Positions 35,404 to 47,414 of a stretch of 64,000 nucleotides of DNA are shown piece after piece. Origin of the DNA: Mobula hypostoma (Eukaryota). The translations under genes and the position numbers were made by a program. The notes beneath the pieces are model-generated. The model was not told the origin of the DNA and did no database searches. It worked only from the letters and a program-made list of their open reading frames with translations. The DNA is taken from assembly GCF_963921235.1 (NCBI RefSeq), contig NC_086107.1:107944001-108008000 (forward strand), written 5' to 3'. Within the stretch, counting starts at the first letter, position 1. Each line of letters starts with the position of its first letter.

Positions 35404-35535
35404 TATTGATTATTTGTTTATTATTATTGTTTTGTTTTTTTCTCAGTGTGTTGTCTTTTGCACATTGGTTGTTACCCGTCCTGTTGGGTGTGGTCTTTCA
35501 TTGATTCTATTGTGTTTTTTGTATTTTCTGGGAAT

Positions 35536-36583
35536 CAATGTACGGGGTGTATGGCGAGGGTTAGCACCTCTGGTGAAGGGACGTGTCCATTTTGGGGAAG
35601 CTCACTCACATTTGGTCCCTGCCAGGAACTCAGCTCTCACCTGTAGCTCCAAGTAGCTGTCTGCATGAGCGGCCACACCCCGGTACACCGCTCCGACGGG
35701 CGAGGTAAACCAGGGGAGGGTAGCTGGCGGCTTCACGTCTTGGTGAGACAGGGTCATCCCTGTCCTAGAAACGCTAAGTCAGCTTCGGCAGACTGGGTGG
35801 ATGAGATCTACAGTGAGATCCAATGGCCAGGGAGGTGGTACTGTTGGAAGTTGTCCTGTCCAAGACCGAAAGAAGCTGCAGAAGATCGTGAACACGGCGC
35901 AGCACATCACACAAACCAATCTTCCGTCCTTGGACTCACTTTACACCGCACGCTGTCGGAGCAGTGCTGTCAGGATAATCAAAGACACGACCCACCCAGC
36001 CAACACACTTCTCGTCCCTCTTCCCTCCTGGAGAAGGCTCAGGAGCTTGAAGACTTGTACGGCCAGATTTGGGAACAGCTTCTTTCTAATTGTGTTAAGA
36101 CTGCTGAACGGATCCTGACCCGGATCGGGGCCGTACCCTCCAAATATCCGGACCTGCCTCTCGGTTTTTTTTTGCAATACCTTACTTCCCATTTTTCTGT
36201 TTTCTATTTATGATTTATAATTTAAATTTTTATATTTACTAATTTTTACTATTCTTAATATTTGTAATCCAGGGAGCGGGAAGCGCAGAATCAAATATCG
36301 CTGTGATGATTGTACGTTGTAGTATCAATTGTTTGGCGACGATCAAGTATGTAGTATAAGTAGTATACTGCAAGGCTGCATGGAGAGCGAAGGGCATGAC
36401 CCGTCACAGAAGACATTATGTTCATCCACAGCAATCAGGCAGTTTCTGATGCTAGTTTGTACCACTGAACCTGGAATTCTGAGATCGAGAGAGTGAAACT
36501 GCCCCACAGTGTAACTGATATTCCACTTTAAAAACTCTCCCGCACAAGTTTCCTGTCATCAGCAGACACGATGGACAACTACC
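35536..36583 (+). mobile_element. Family E non-coding element (possibly RTE-derived) carrying a nested Rex1-like fragment (~35843-36365)
   Basis: Imperfect TSD attttctgggaat (35523-35535) / atttactgtgaat (36584-36596); nested ORF QDRKKLQKIVNTAQHI...ARFGNSFF. Confidence 0.7.
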
Positions 36584-37029
36584 ATTTACTGTGAATGCCT
36601 GCAAGAAAATGAATCTCAGGGTTATATATGGTGACATATTCAGTATGTACTTTGATCATAAATTTACTTTGAACTTGGAAAGGTCCATTGTAGAAACCAA
36701 ACAGACTGCAAAAGCTCCTTCGGGTGTATCAAAAGGAGAACGCTAACAAAGTGTATCGTGGGTCCCTTACAGACTGAGGTAGGAGGAATAACATTGGGGG
36801 ATAATGAAATGACAGAGCACCTAACAAGCCTTTTGTGTCTGCCTCCACGGAGCAAGATATGGAGAAGATCCCGAAAACGCGGAGGAACGGCAAGTCCATA
36901 GTGAGTAGAGGGGTGAATGCGATTAGCAATGCACACCAAGAAAGAAATAAAGAGGTAACGTGAGCTTTATTTATTACCTGTACATTGAAGCATACAGTAC
37001 ATCGCGCAAATCAGTGAGGATTGTGTAGG

Positions 37030-38005
37030 GGATTTCTCCTTCTGGGGAGCAAATATACCACCCCCCCCTTCCTCTATTCCTCACTCTGACCTTTCACCTC
37101 TTCTCATCTGCCTATCCCTTCTCCCTGGTTCCCCTTTCTCCTATGGTCCACTCTCATCTTCTATCAGATTCCTTCTTCTCCAGTCCTTGACCTTTCCCAC
37201 CCACCTGGCTTCACCCATCACCTTCCAGCTAGCCTTTTTCCATCCCCCGCCAACAACCTTTGTAATTCTGGCCCTCCTTCCTTCTCAGTCCTGAAGAAGG
37301 GCCTCGGCCTGAAACGTCAACTGTTTTTCCTCTTTTCCGTCGAAGCTGCCTGAGCTGCTGAGATCCTCCAGCATTTCGAGTGCCTCGTTCTGGATTTCCA
37401 GCATCTGTTTGTGCTGGGGGCAGCCTGCAATCGTTACCATGATTCTGGCATTGACAGAACTCACTGACCTTAACTGTACGTCTTTGTACTGTTGGAGGAA
37501 ACCAGAGCACCCGGAGGAAACCCAAGCAGTCAAGATGAGAACGTACAAACTCCTTACAGAGTTTTACACTGTAAAGGATTGTGTTAACCCTACGCTAACG
37601 TGCCACCCGGAATTTTGAATGCTGGAGGAACTCAGCGGGTCAGGCAACATCGACGGCGAGAACAAAGAGTCGACGTTTTGGGCCAAGACCCTTCATCAAG
37701 GCTGGAAAGGAAGGGTGGAAGAAGCCAGAATAAGAGGGTGGGGGGAAGGGGAAGGAATGCAAGTAGGTGAAACAGGTGAGGGGGAAGGTAGGTGAGTGGG
37801 AGAGGCGGGATGTTGCAAGAAGCTGGGAGGCGACAGTAGGGTAAAGGGAAGGAGGAGGGGAACCGAGGGAGGTGATGGGCAGGTCATGAGTGTGGTGGAG
37901 GAGAAGAGAATGGGTGAAAGGGTCACCAGAATGGGGGAAACAGAAAACAGGGGGTTGGGGGGAGGGGAGAGAGGGGAGTAATTACTAGAAGTCTGAGAGT
38001 AAGTT
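37030..38005. mobile_element. Two oppositely oriented Penelope pLTRs separated by a V-SINE (~37405-37612)
   Basis: Plus pLTR ends ...tttccagcatctg at ~37407; minus pLTR begins atgctggaggaactcagc at ~37619, with a hammerhead remnant at ~37668-37702. Confidence 0.7.
37286..37323 (+). ncRNA. Minimal hammerhead ribozyme motif (core intact, first stem I pair mismatched)
   Basis: cagtc-CTGAAGA-agggcctcggcct-GAAA-C-GTC-aactg. Confidence 0.6.
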
Positions 38006-38019
38006 TCTGTGGCGCTTGA

Positions 38020-38660
38020 AATCACTGCCACAGTTGGAGACAGCTGCTTGTGAAGTGAAAGCGCCAGCTTTAAAAAGCGAGCCGGGCCTGTTGGGACTTC
38101 CTGTGGCGCCTGAGATTATTTGGGTAAACAGGCACTGAGCAAGGACCAATATAGAGAAGTTCGGTTTAAGCAGAGCGGCCATTGTATGGATGTGGCAGGG
38201 TGAGAGTGGGGAACTGAGGCTTTGGAGAGGAGAGGTAAAAGCTAGGGTGAAGTTCCTGTCAGATTTCTCTTTCCTTCTTATTGCACAGTTAGAGAGGACA
38301 GTGGAATGTTGCACTTGTCTTAAGTGGGGAGATAGAGAAAAGCCCTACGACTCCACCCGCAAGAAGTTCATCCAGCTGCAGCTTCTTACAGATAGAACTG
38401 GGGAACCGGAGCTGCAGCCAGATGACCTTCAGATCATTTGGGAGAATGAGGAGGTGATAGATAAGAACTATAGGGAGGTAGTCTCCCCTAGGTTGCAGGA
38501 GGCTGGAAACTGGGTGATTGTCAGGAAAGGGAAAGGGAATAGGCAGCCGGTGTAGAGTACACTGTGACCTCAATAATGTGTACACCACTTCGGATATTTT
38601 TGGGTGTGGGTGGGGGGAAACGACCTACAAGGGAAAGACACAGCCAACAGAACTCCTGAG
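38020..38660 (+). pseudogene. CR1 5' UTR/ORF1 remnant (zinc-finger/coiled-coil part)
   Basis: VECCTCLKW...QLQLLTDR..E.ELQ.DDL.II.ENEEVIDK.YREVVSP....WV.VRKGK resembles chondrichthyan CR1 ORF1; in-frame stop at 38553-38555. Confidence 0.65.
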
Positions 38661-38887
38661 TAAATAACAGATGCAGAAAATTCATTTCAGATCTCTCCTA
38701 TCTCTTCTGGCTCCATGCATAGCTGACCATGCTGTCTACAGGAACGCTTGTGCGAATGAATTCAGCAATAAGAAGTAAAGTAACAGTGGGAACATTTTGA
38801 AACAGAGAGCAGCTGTATCCCCAGGACCAGGTGACCTGTACCCCAAGGTTTTGAAGGAGGTGGCAAAATGAAGATGATAGGTAAACA

Positions 38888-39359
38888 TTCATTTGTGGTC
38901 ACTTTATTACACCTGCTCGTTAATGCAAATATAATCATGTGGCAGCATCTCAAAGCATAAGAGCATGCAGACATGGTCAGGAGGCTCAGTTGTTGTCAGA
39001 ACAAACATCACAAAGGGGAAGGAATGTGACCTAAACGACTTTGACCATGGAATGGTTACTGGAGCCAGATGGGGTGGTTTGAGTATCTCAGAAACTGCTG
39101 ATCCCCTGGGATTTTCACACACAACAGTCTCTAAGGGTTACAGAGAATGGTGCAAAAAAAAACACATCCGGTGAGTGCAGTTCTGTGGGTGAAAATGCCA
39201 TGTTAATGAGAGAGGTCGGGAGGAGAATGGCCGGACTGGTTCAAACTGACAGGAGCAGTGGTGTGTGCAGAAGAGCATCAATGAAGAAGATGGGCCACAG
39301 CAGCAGAAGATCCCAAACATACCCTCAGGAGGTACCTAATAAAGTGGCCACTGAGTGTA
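38888..39359 (+). mobile_element. Non-autonomous Tc1-like element
   Basis: DLNDFDHGMVTGARWGGLSISETADPLGFSHTTVSK; ends cctaataaagtggccactgagtgta. Confidence 0.8.
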
Positions 39360-39797
39360 GTCGTCATCTTCCAAAATTCTTCGGAACTCAGCAGATCAGT
39401 GTTGTAACCGTGAACAAAGTCACCAGGGAGACACTGAAGCTAATGGATATAGGAGCCTTTATTCTAGCAAAATTAGTATGCAAGCATCGTATTTGAGTCA
39501 CTCTTGGAAGAAGAGGCCAGCTCAACCCAATATCACATGGCATTTTATATGCTAAAGATCAGAGGTAACAGCAGGACAATTCTATAGTTACAATATATCT
39601 ACAATGCTTCCTTTGAATTACATATAGTTTTCAAACACCTTCTCTTCTTGACTTGAAATCTAATCTAATCTAATCTAAATGTCGACTGTTCATTTCCCTA
39701 TGTTGATGTTGCCTGACCTGCCGAGTTCCTCCAGCAATTTGTGTGTGTTACTCAAGGTTTCCAGCAACCACAGATTCAGATCAGATTCATTTTCATT

Positions 39798-40341
39798 TAC
39801 ACTCAGTGGCCAAGTTATTGGGTACACCTGCTCATTAATCCAAATATCTCATCAGCCAATCATGTGGCAGCAGTCAACGCAGAAAAGCATGCAGACATGG
39901 TCAAGAGGTTCAGTTGTTGTTCAGACCAAACATCAGAATGGGGAAGAAGTATGATCCAAGTGACTTTGCTGTGGAATGATTGATAGTGCCAGATGGGGTG
40001 GTTTGAGTATCTCAAACTGTTTTCTCCTGGGATTTTCACCCACACCAGTCTCTAAAATTTACAGGAAATGGTGCAAAAAGAGAAAAAAAATCCAGTGAGC
40101 GGCAATTTCGTGGGCAAAAATGCCGTGTTAATGAGGAGAATGACCAGATTGGTTCAATATGATAGGAAGGTGACAGTAACTCAAATAACCACATGTTACA
40201 ACAGTGGTGTGCAGAAGAGCATCTCTGAGTGCACAACACACTGAACCTTGAAGTGGATGGGTTAGAGCAGCAGAAGTCTATACACTCCGTGATTACTTCG
40301 TTAGGTACAGGAGATACCTAATAAAGTGGCGATAGAGTATA
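39798..40341 (+). mobile_element. Non-autonomous Tc1-like element
   Basis: Starts tacactcagtggcca; terminal hairpin 40281-40341. Confidence 0.8.
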
Positions 40342-41129
40342 TTTTGTAAGCTGAATCCCAAATGTGAGACAAAGAAAGCTGGATTTCTGCTGTCTCATTG
40401 AAAGCTCCCAAGTGGAACTCCCTGCACACATTCCCCATAAAAGAAAGCACAAGATGGGACTAAGGTTGTTAAATCCGTGGTTTATTAGCTTCTAAATAAA
40501 TGATGAATTTTTACAACCGAGTTATTAAATGTCACTCAGAATTCAGCTTATCAATTCAGGCTGAGAGAGAAAGTCAATTTTAATATAAATTGCTATTTTC
40601 ACTTGAACTTCAATCAGAGATTAAAACAATCTTCCTTCAGCCCAACTTCAGCAGCAGTTCTGAGCAATTTTGAAATAAGATGCATAGGGTTCAGGTCTTA
40701 GAAGTTTTATTGAGTTAATATTTTAAGGAAAGGCGTCTGACTGTTCAAGATTGCAGTGAAGAAGCTGATTTTCAGAGGACAGGGTTGTTTGTAACGTAAA
40801 AAAGATATTTTTGTTTGTAGAACAAAGATTTTTAGTCTTTTGGAGTGGAGTGTATGTTAAGAACATAAGACACAGGAGCAGAGTTAGGCCATTCAGCCCA
40901 TCGAATCTGCTCCACCTTTCCATCATGACTGATTTACTATCCCTCTCAACCCCAAACTGCTGCCTTCTCCCCATAAACTTTGGCACCTTGATTAATCAAG
41001 AACTTATCAACCTCTGCTTCAAAATGCACCCAATGACTTGGCTTCCACAGACAAGGACACCAACAGATTTGCAACAAGTTTCCAGAGCAACATGTTCAGC
41101 CTTGCTAAAGTTGGGTGAAGGATAAATTC

Positions 41130-42232
41130 AGGCAAGGATGTGATGCTGAGGCTTTATAAGGCACTGGTGAGGCCTCACCTTGAGTATTGTGAACAGTTTT
41201 GGTCCCCTCATCTTAGAAAAAATGCGCTGGCATTGGAGAGGGTCCAGAGGAGGTTCACAAGGATGATTCCAGGAACGAAAGGGTTCTGGGTCTGTACTCG
41301 CTGGAATTCAGAAGGATGAGGGGGGATCTCATTGAAACCTTTCAAATGTTGAAAGGGCTACACAGAGTAGATGTGAAAAGGATATTTCCCATGGTGGGAG
41401 AGTCTAGGACAAGAGGGCACAGCCTCAGGATAGAGGGACGCCCTTTCAAAACAGATATGCGGAGAAATTTCTTTAGCCAAAGAATGGTGAATTTGTGGAA
41501 TTTGTTGCCACATGCAGCTGTGGAGGCCAAGTCGTTGGGTGTATATAAGGCAGAGATTGATAGGTTCTTGATTGGACAGGGCAAGAAAGCTTTTGGTATG
41601 CTGGCCTTTATAAATCAGAGAATTGAGTATAGGAGTTGGGATGTAATATTGAAATTGTACAAGGCATTGGTGAGGCCAAATTTGGAGTATTGTGTACAGT
41701 TCTGGTCACTGAATTATAGGAACGATGTCAATAAAATTGAGAGAGTAGAAGAGATTTACTAAAATGTTGCCTGGGTTTCATCTCCTAATTTACAGAGAAA
41801 GGTTGAACAAGTTACGTCTTTATTCTTTGGAGCGTAGAAGGTTGAGGGGGAACTTGATAGAGGTATTTAAAATTATGAGGGGGATAGATAGAGTTGACAT
41901 GGATAGGCTTTTTCCATTGAGAGTGGGGGAGATTCAAACAAGAGGACATGAGTTGAGAGTTAAGGGGCAAAAGTTTAGGGGTAACATGAGGGGGAACTTC
42001 TTTACTCAGAGAGTGGTAGCTGTGTGGAACGAGCTTCCAGCAGAAGTGGTTGAAGCAGGTTCGATGTTGTCATTTAATGTTAAAGTGGACAGATATATGG
42101 ACAGGAAAGGAATGGAGGGTTATGGGCTGAGTGCAGGTCGGTGGGACTAGGAGAGAGTAAGAGTTCAGCATGGACTAGAAGGGCCGAGATGGCCTGTTTC
42201 CGTGCTGTAATCGTTATATGGTTATATGGTTA
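41130..42232 (+). mobile_element. Two abutting CR1-like 3' fragments (junction ~41582)
   Basis: ORFs 41316-41762 and 41764-42150: RGDLIETF..., LYKALVRPNLEYCVQFWS, RRLRGNLIEVFKIMRG, FFTQRVVAVWNELP. Confidence 0.85.
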
Positions 42233-42705
42233 TAAGAGAGAAAGGGGAAAGAGAGGGAAATGGAGAGAAGAAGGGGAGAGAGCAGGGAGGGAGTGGGGAG
42301 GGAAGGAAGAGGGGAGAGAGAGGGAGAGGGAGGGGAGAGAGAGAGAGGAAGGGGTGAGAGAGAGGAAGGGGAGACGGAAATGAAGAGAGAAAGGTGAGGG
42401 GAGACAGATGCTGTGTGGAAAGAGAGGAGAAAGGGAGTGAAGAGAGTTGGCAAAACTGATGATGAAGGGAGAAGGAGTAGAGGAGAGGCAGAGAGAGTGG
42501 AGTGGAGGGAATAAAGAGAAGGAGAGGGGGAGAAGGGGAAAGAGAGAAGGGGAATGGAGAGAGTGACAGGGAGTGAAGAGGGAGAAAGGGGGAGTGTGGA
42601 GGATGTAAGGACAAGTGGAGAGGGAGAGAGGGGGAGAGGAGGACAGGGAGGTGGAGTGGAGAGAGAGAGAGAGCCAAGGAGGGGATATTGAAGGAAAGAC
42701 AGGGA
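42233..42705 (+). repeat. Purine-rich low-complexity tract
   Basis: G/A-dominated sequence. Confidence 0.85.
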
Positions 42706-43006
42706 GATTACTCGTGGCTATGTAAACAACATAAACTAGGTAGACCGTGGTTTGACAAAGAAGATTGAGACCTGAAATGTTGAATGTTTCTCCTCCCGCA
42801 GATGCTGCCAGACCTGCTGAATGTCTCCATCATTTTCCATTTTTGCTCCAGCATCTGCAGTGCCTTTGGTTCTCATTCCAAACTGGGTCAGATGTAACCT
42901 ATCTAATTGTGGGACAGGCTGAATGAGCAGAATAGCCTCCTCTTTCCTATTTCTCTCCAAGCCATCCTCCTCAGTATAAATTAATGGAACCATTACCAGG
43001 TGATGG

Positions 43007-43050
43007 GTAAACAGGGTTATTGGCTGGCCTCACCTGGTTACCATGGAAAC
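43007..43050. promoter_or_regulatory. Candidate FOX site plus RFX X-box
   Basis: GTAAACA 43007-43013; GTTACCATGGAAAC 43037-43050, in non-repeat DNA. Confidence 0.4.
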
Positions 43051-43359
43051 CCTACAGAGAAGCGTGAATAGGTCATTCAAATCCAAGTAGGCCCAAGGTG
43101 GAACGCCGGATTGTGTGAAGCCATCAGGAATAACCAAAGCTTCTGTGTAACCCCATCAGACTTTTCAGGATAAAATCTTCATCAGAAATGTCTAGTTTAA
43201 AAATGTTATGATTCCCATGGTAAAAAAATAACAGTCCAATCAGATCAGCACAGGAGGAGGTTCAGCTATAACCAGTTAGGAGAGCTTAAATCTATTTACC
43301 ACAGGTAACAGTTGTTCTTCTCTACCCAGCCACTGCTTTGGTATCTGTGAATAAAAGGT

Positions 43360-44645
43360 ACCTATTTTCTAAACAGAGAGAAAATTCAGAAATCAGGAGC
43401 ACAAGTGGACTTGGGTGTCCTTGTGTGGGATTCCCTAAAGGTTAACTTGCAAGTTGAGCTGGTGGTAAGGAAGGCAAATGCAATGTTAGCATTGATTCTA
43501 GAGGACTAGAATATAAAGGCAAGGATGTAATGCTGAGGTTCGACAAGGCATTGGTCCGACCGCACTTGGAGAATTGTGAGCAGTTTTGCCCCCCTTATCT
43601 AAGAAAGGATGTGCAGGCATTGGAGAGGGTCCAGAGAAGGTTTACAACCATGATCTGGGTGTGAAAGGGTTAATGTATGAGCAGTATTTGGTGGTTCTGG
43701 GACTGTGCCTACTCGAGTTTAGAAGAATGGGGGGTGGGGGGAGATCTCATTGAAACCCTTCGAATATCGAAAGGTCTAGATAGAGTGGATGTGAAGAGGA
43801 TGTTTCCAATAGTGGCGGGCGCTAGGACCAGAAAGCACAGACTCGGGATAGGAGGATGTCCCTTTAGGACAGAGATGAGGAAGAATTTCTTTAGCCAGAG
43901 GGCAATGGTTGATACTAGGCACAGAGTCAGTGGGCTGTGAGGCCTGTTTCTGTGCTGTATCTCTCTATCACTCCATGAACGACATGTGTTAGATTAGCAA
44001 CTCCATTTTGCTCACCTGCTGCCCTTCAGGGAAGAGGGTATGCTTTCCTTACTCCAGTCTGGGGTTATACATGACTCCTGGTCTTCTGTTGACACTGGAG
44101 GGGCTCGTCTGGATTCTCGGATCCAAGATGGTTAGTAATGAACATTACACACTGGATCGCTGGTGGTTAACTGCCCTGGGGTTAACATATGAAGAGCATT
44201 TGATGGCCCTGTGCCTGTACTTGCTGGAGTTTAGAAGAATGAGGAGGGATCTCATTGAAACCTATTGAATCTGGAAAGGCCTTGATAGAGTGGATGTGGA
44301 GAAGATGTTTCCAATAGTGGGAGAGTCTAGGACCAGAGCCTAAGAATTGAGGGCTTGTCCATTTAGAACAGAGAAGAGGAAAAAAAATCTTTAGCCAGAG
44401 GATGGTGAATTCATTGCCACGGACAGCGGTGGAGGCCAAGTCATTGGGTATATTTAAGGCGGAGGTTGATAGGTTCTTGATTAATCAGGGCATCAAAGGT
44501 TAGAGGGAGAAGGGTGCCAAAGTTTATGGGGAGAAGGCAAGAGAATGGGGTCGAGAGGGATAATAAATCAGCCATGATGGAATAGTGGAGCAGACTCGAA
44601 GGGCTGACTGGCTTAATGCTGCTCCTATGTCTTATGGTCTTATGA
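43360..44645 (+). mobile_element. Two CR1-like 3' fragments (~43360-43975 and ~44165-44645)
   Basis: GDLIETLRISKGLDRVDVKRMFP; LEFRRMRRDLIETY; tcttatggtcttatg tail. Confidence 0.8.
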
Positions 44646-44789
44646 AGATGCCTGGATCATGATATTGGGCAAGATTAAAGTCAGCACTTGGAATTAAATA
44701 CCAAGAAGTGATAGAGACAGGCCAGGGAACCTATGAATTGCCAAATATATCCTGTAATGCCATAAAACTATCTGACATCTTTGCTTCCT

Positions 44790-45740
44790 GTGACAGGGAA
44801 GACAGTCTTTTTCCCAGTATAGAAATGTCAACTACCAGAAGGCATAGGCTTCAGGTCAGAGGGGCGAGTTCAAAGGAGATTAAAGAATAAGAGATTAGCT
44901 CTATTTGTCACATGTGACATTGAAACATACGGATTGTGTCTGTGACCTACACAGTCTGAGGATGTGCCAATCTTGCATGCCCACAATTTACTAACTTGTA
45001 CAGAGTACCCAGAAAAAACCCATACAGTCAGAGGGTGAACGTGCAAACTTCTCACAGACAGTGGCAAGAATTGAAACTGGATCACTGGCACTGTAACAGT
45101 GTAATGCTAACTGCTGTGCTACTGTGCTGTACTCAGAAACCCCTGAAGCATTCGCAGATGCCAAGGGGCATAACTTTAAGATGACCGGAGGAAATGACGG
45201 GGACGATAACAGAGGTAAGTTTTTTTGCCCAGTCATGGGTGTTGTGGAGCACCCCACCAGGGGTGGTGAATGTGGCAGATGCAAGGTTGGCATGGCATCG
45301 TAGAAGTCAGCGTGGTGCCACTACAGCTCGAGGCATTCCGGAGTTCAGAGTTCAATTCCGACGCCGCTCTGTAAGGAGTCTCCGTGCGTCCTCCCTGTGG
45401 AATGCATGCTTTCCCCCAGTTGCTCTGGTTTCCTCCCACAGTCCAAAGATGTACTGGCAGGTTAATTGATCATTGTAAATTGTCCTGTGATGAGGTTAGG
45501 TTAATTGGGGCTGTGGGGTTGCTGGCGGCATGGCTCGAAGGTCTGGAAAGTTTCACTCTGCGCTGTATCACTAAATAAATGAATAGGGACATTTCAGAAA
45601 CTCTTAGACAGGCACACTGATGATAGGAAAAATGGAGGATGATGTAGGATGGAAGGGTTAGATTGATCTTAGAGTAGGTTATAATGTCAGCACATCATGG
45701 GCTGAAGAGCCTGTACTGTGCTGAACTGTTCTATGTTCTA
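44790..45740 (+). mobile_element. CR1 3' remnants with two nested V-SINEs (minus ~44885-45130; plus ~45285-45580)
   Basis: ctctgtaaggagt...ggtttcctcccacagtccaaaga...cattgtaaattgtcctgtga; CR1 tail gttctatgttcta. Confidence 0.65.
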
Positions 45741-46379
45741 TATTTTACGTCTGACGTTGCCAGGGGTAGAAACTGATATGAAAGGAACAGTTAAGAGATG
45801 TCGAAACAGACTCATGAGCGGGCAGAGAATAGAGGCATTTGGGCCACGTGCAAGCAGATGGGATGAATTCAATCTGCACCGTGGCTGGCTGAGACGTGGT
45901 CGGTGAGGAGCCTGCTCCTGTGCTGTACTGGAGAGCACCTGATGTACTAGGAACATACTAAAGATTCAAGATTCACGTTTATTTATCACATGCATATTGA
46001 AACCTACAGAAAAATGTGTCGTTTGTGCTAACAACCAACACACACCCAAGGGGTGTGCTGGGGTCAGGCCAGGGGTGTCACTACTCATTCTAGTGGCAGG
46101 ATAGCCTGCCCACAGTGCTCAGCAGAACAATACAGAACACAACAAACAACAAAACAGCAACAACAAAACAAATGCTGTTTCTCCCACATACACAATCATC
46201 TAACCCCAGGGCAGGCCATCTTCTTCAGCCTTCAGCAGACTCGGACTCGTTCTACCAGACTTCATTTGGTCACTTTTTTCCCCCTCATTCACGGAACATC
46301 TGCTTGGGGAAAACCTCCTTTCTCATAAGCAGAAGAGGGAATCTGGGCTAAATAACCACGTCAACCGCCTACTCTATCC

Positions 46380-47113
46380 CAGCGGTCCCCAACCACCGGG
46401 CCGCAAAGCAAGTGCTCCCGGGCCGTGAGGGAACGATATGAGTCAGCTGCACATTTCCTCATTCCCTGTCACGCACTGTTGAACTTGAACATAGGGTTGC
46501 CAACTGTTCCGTGTTTGCTGGGACATCCCGTATATTGGATTAAATAGGTTTGTCCAGTATTTCCCCCGCTAAGGTAGAGCGTTCCTATGAAATCTTCTGT
46601 GCCAAAATGGCGTGAAGCGAAGAAGCAATTACCATTAATTTATATGGGAAAAATTTTTGAGAGTTACCAGACCCCAAAAATAACCTAACAAATCATACCA
46701 AATAACACATAAAACCGAAAATAAATAACACTAACATATAGTAAAAGCAGGAATGATATGATAAATACACAGCCTATATAAAGCAGAAATAATGTATGTA
46801 CAGTGTAGTCGGGGAGATGAAGGGAAAACCAATTTGCGAGAGAAAAATGGCACATATGCGCATGCGCACACAGGAGGTGCCCGCGCAAGGCTTCATGGTC
46901 ATGGTAGTCTTTTCTGGGGTAAAACGTCCCGGGATTTGACTGCTACTTTTGTCCCTTATTTGGGAGTGAGAAAGTTAGCAACCCTAACTGTAAAAGTCAT
47001 GTTGAGGTGAGTTTAACCCTACTTGAACACCCCCCCCCCTCCAGTCGACTGGTCCGCAAGAATATTGTCAATATTAAACCAGTCCGCGGTGCAAAAAAGG
47101 TTGGGGACCCCTG
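46380..47113. mobile_element. hAT (Charlie-like) non-autonomous element
   Basis: TIRs cagcggtccccaacc / ggttggggacccctg; perfect 8-bp TSD ctctatcc at 46372-46379 and 47114-47121. Confidence 0.9.
46492..47021. mobile_element. Second hAT-like MITE nested in the first
   Basis: TIR tagggttgccaact / agttagcaacccta (ends 46986); 8-bp repeat cttgaaca at 46484-46491 and 47022-47029, after a second aacccta. Confidence 0.75.
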
Positions 47114-47414
47114 CTCTATCCCATGTGTTGTCCAGCCTGTGTTCTGTTTGACTGCTGAGTGTTTCAGCACTCTGGACAGCTCCTTGTAGAGAGTCACCAG
47201 TAGGTGTCACTGTGGTACCCGGGAACACACTCAAACCAGTGCAGACAGTGGTTGCCCTCTCTGCGACAGTTGTGGCTCTGTGGATAGCAGCCATACCCTA
47301 GAGACAGAAGATTGCTGTCTGAGACCTTGTTGGAAGACTTAAACACAAAAGACTAGGCTGACACTCCCTCCACACTGCACTTCAGGACGCAGCACCAAAC
47401 TGCCAACTTTTCAG

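Larger units (their letters stand above)
34550..36680 (+). mobile_element. Rex1/Babar-like host of a nested insertion stack
   Basis: ORF 34672-35010: FYRCVVESILTAYIAAWYG...HPGHALFSLLPSGR; 3' UTR resumes at 36584 and ends aaatttactttgaact. Confidence 0.8.

Noticed and set aside
35655..35730. HDV-like ribozyme in family E
   Set aside because: Hairpins and a gctaa-like joiner exist in the 30830 copy, but I could not assign P1, P3 and P1.1 of the nested double pseudoknot.
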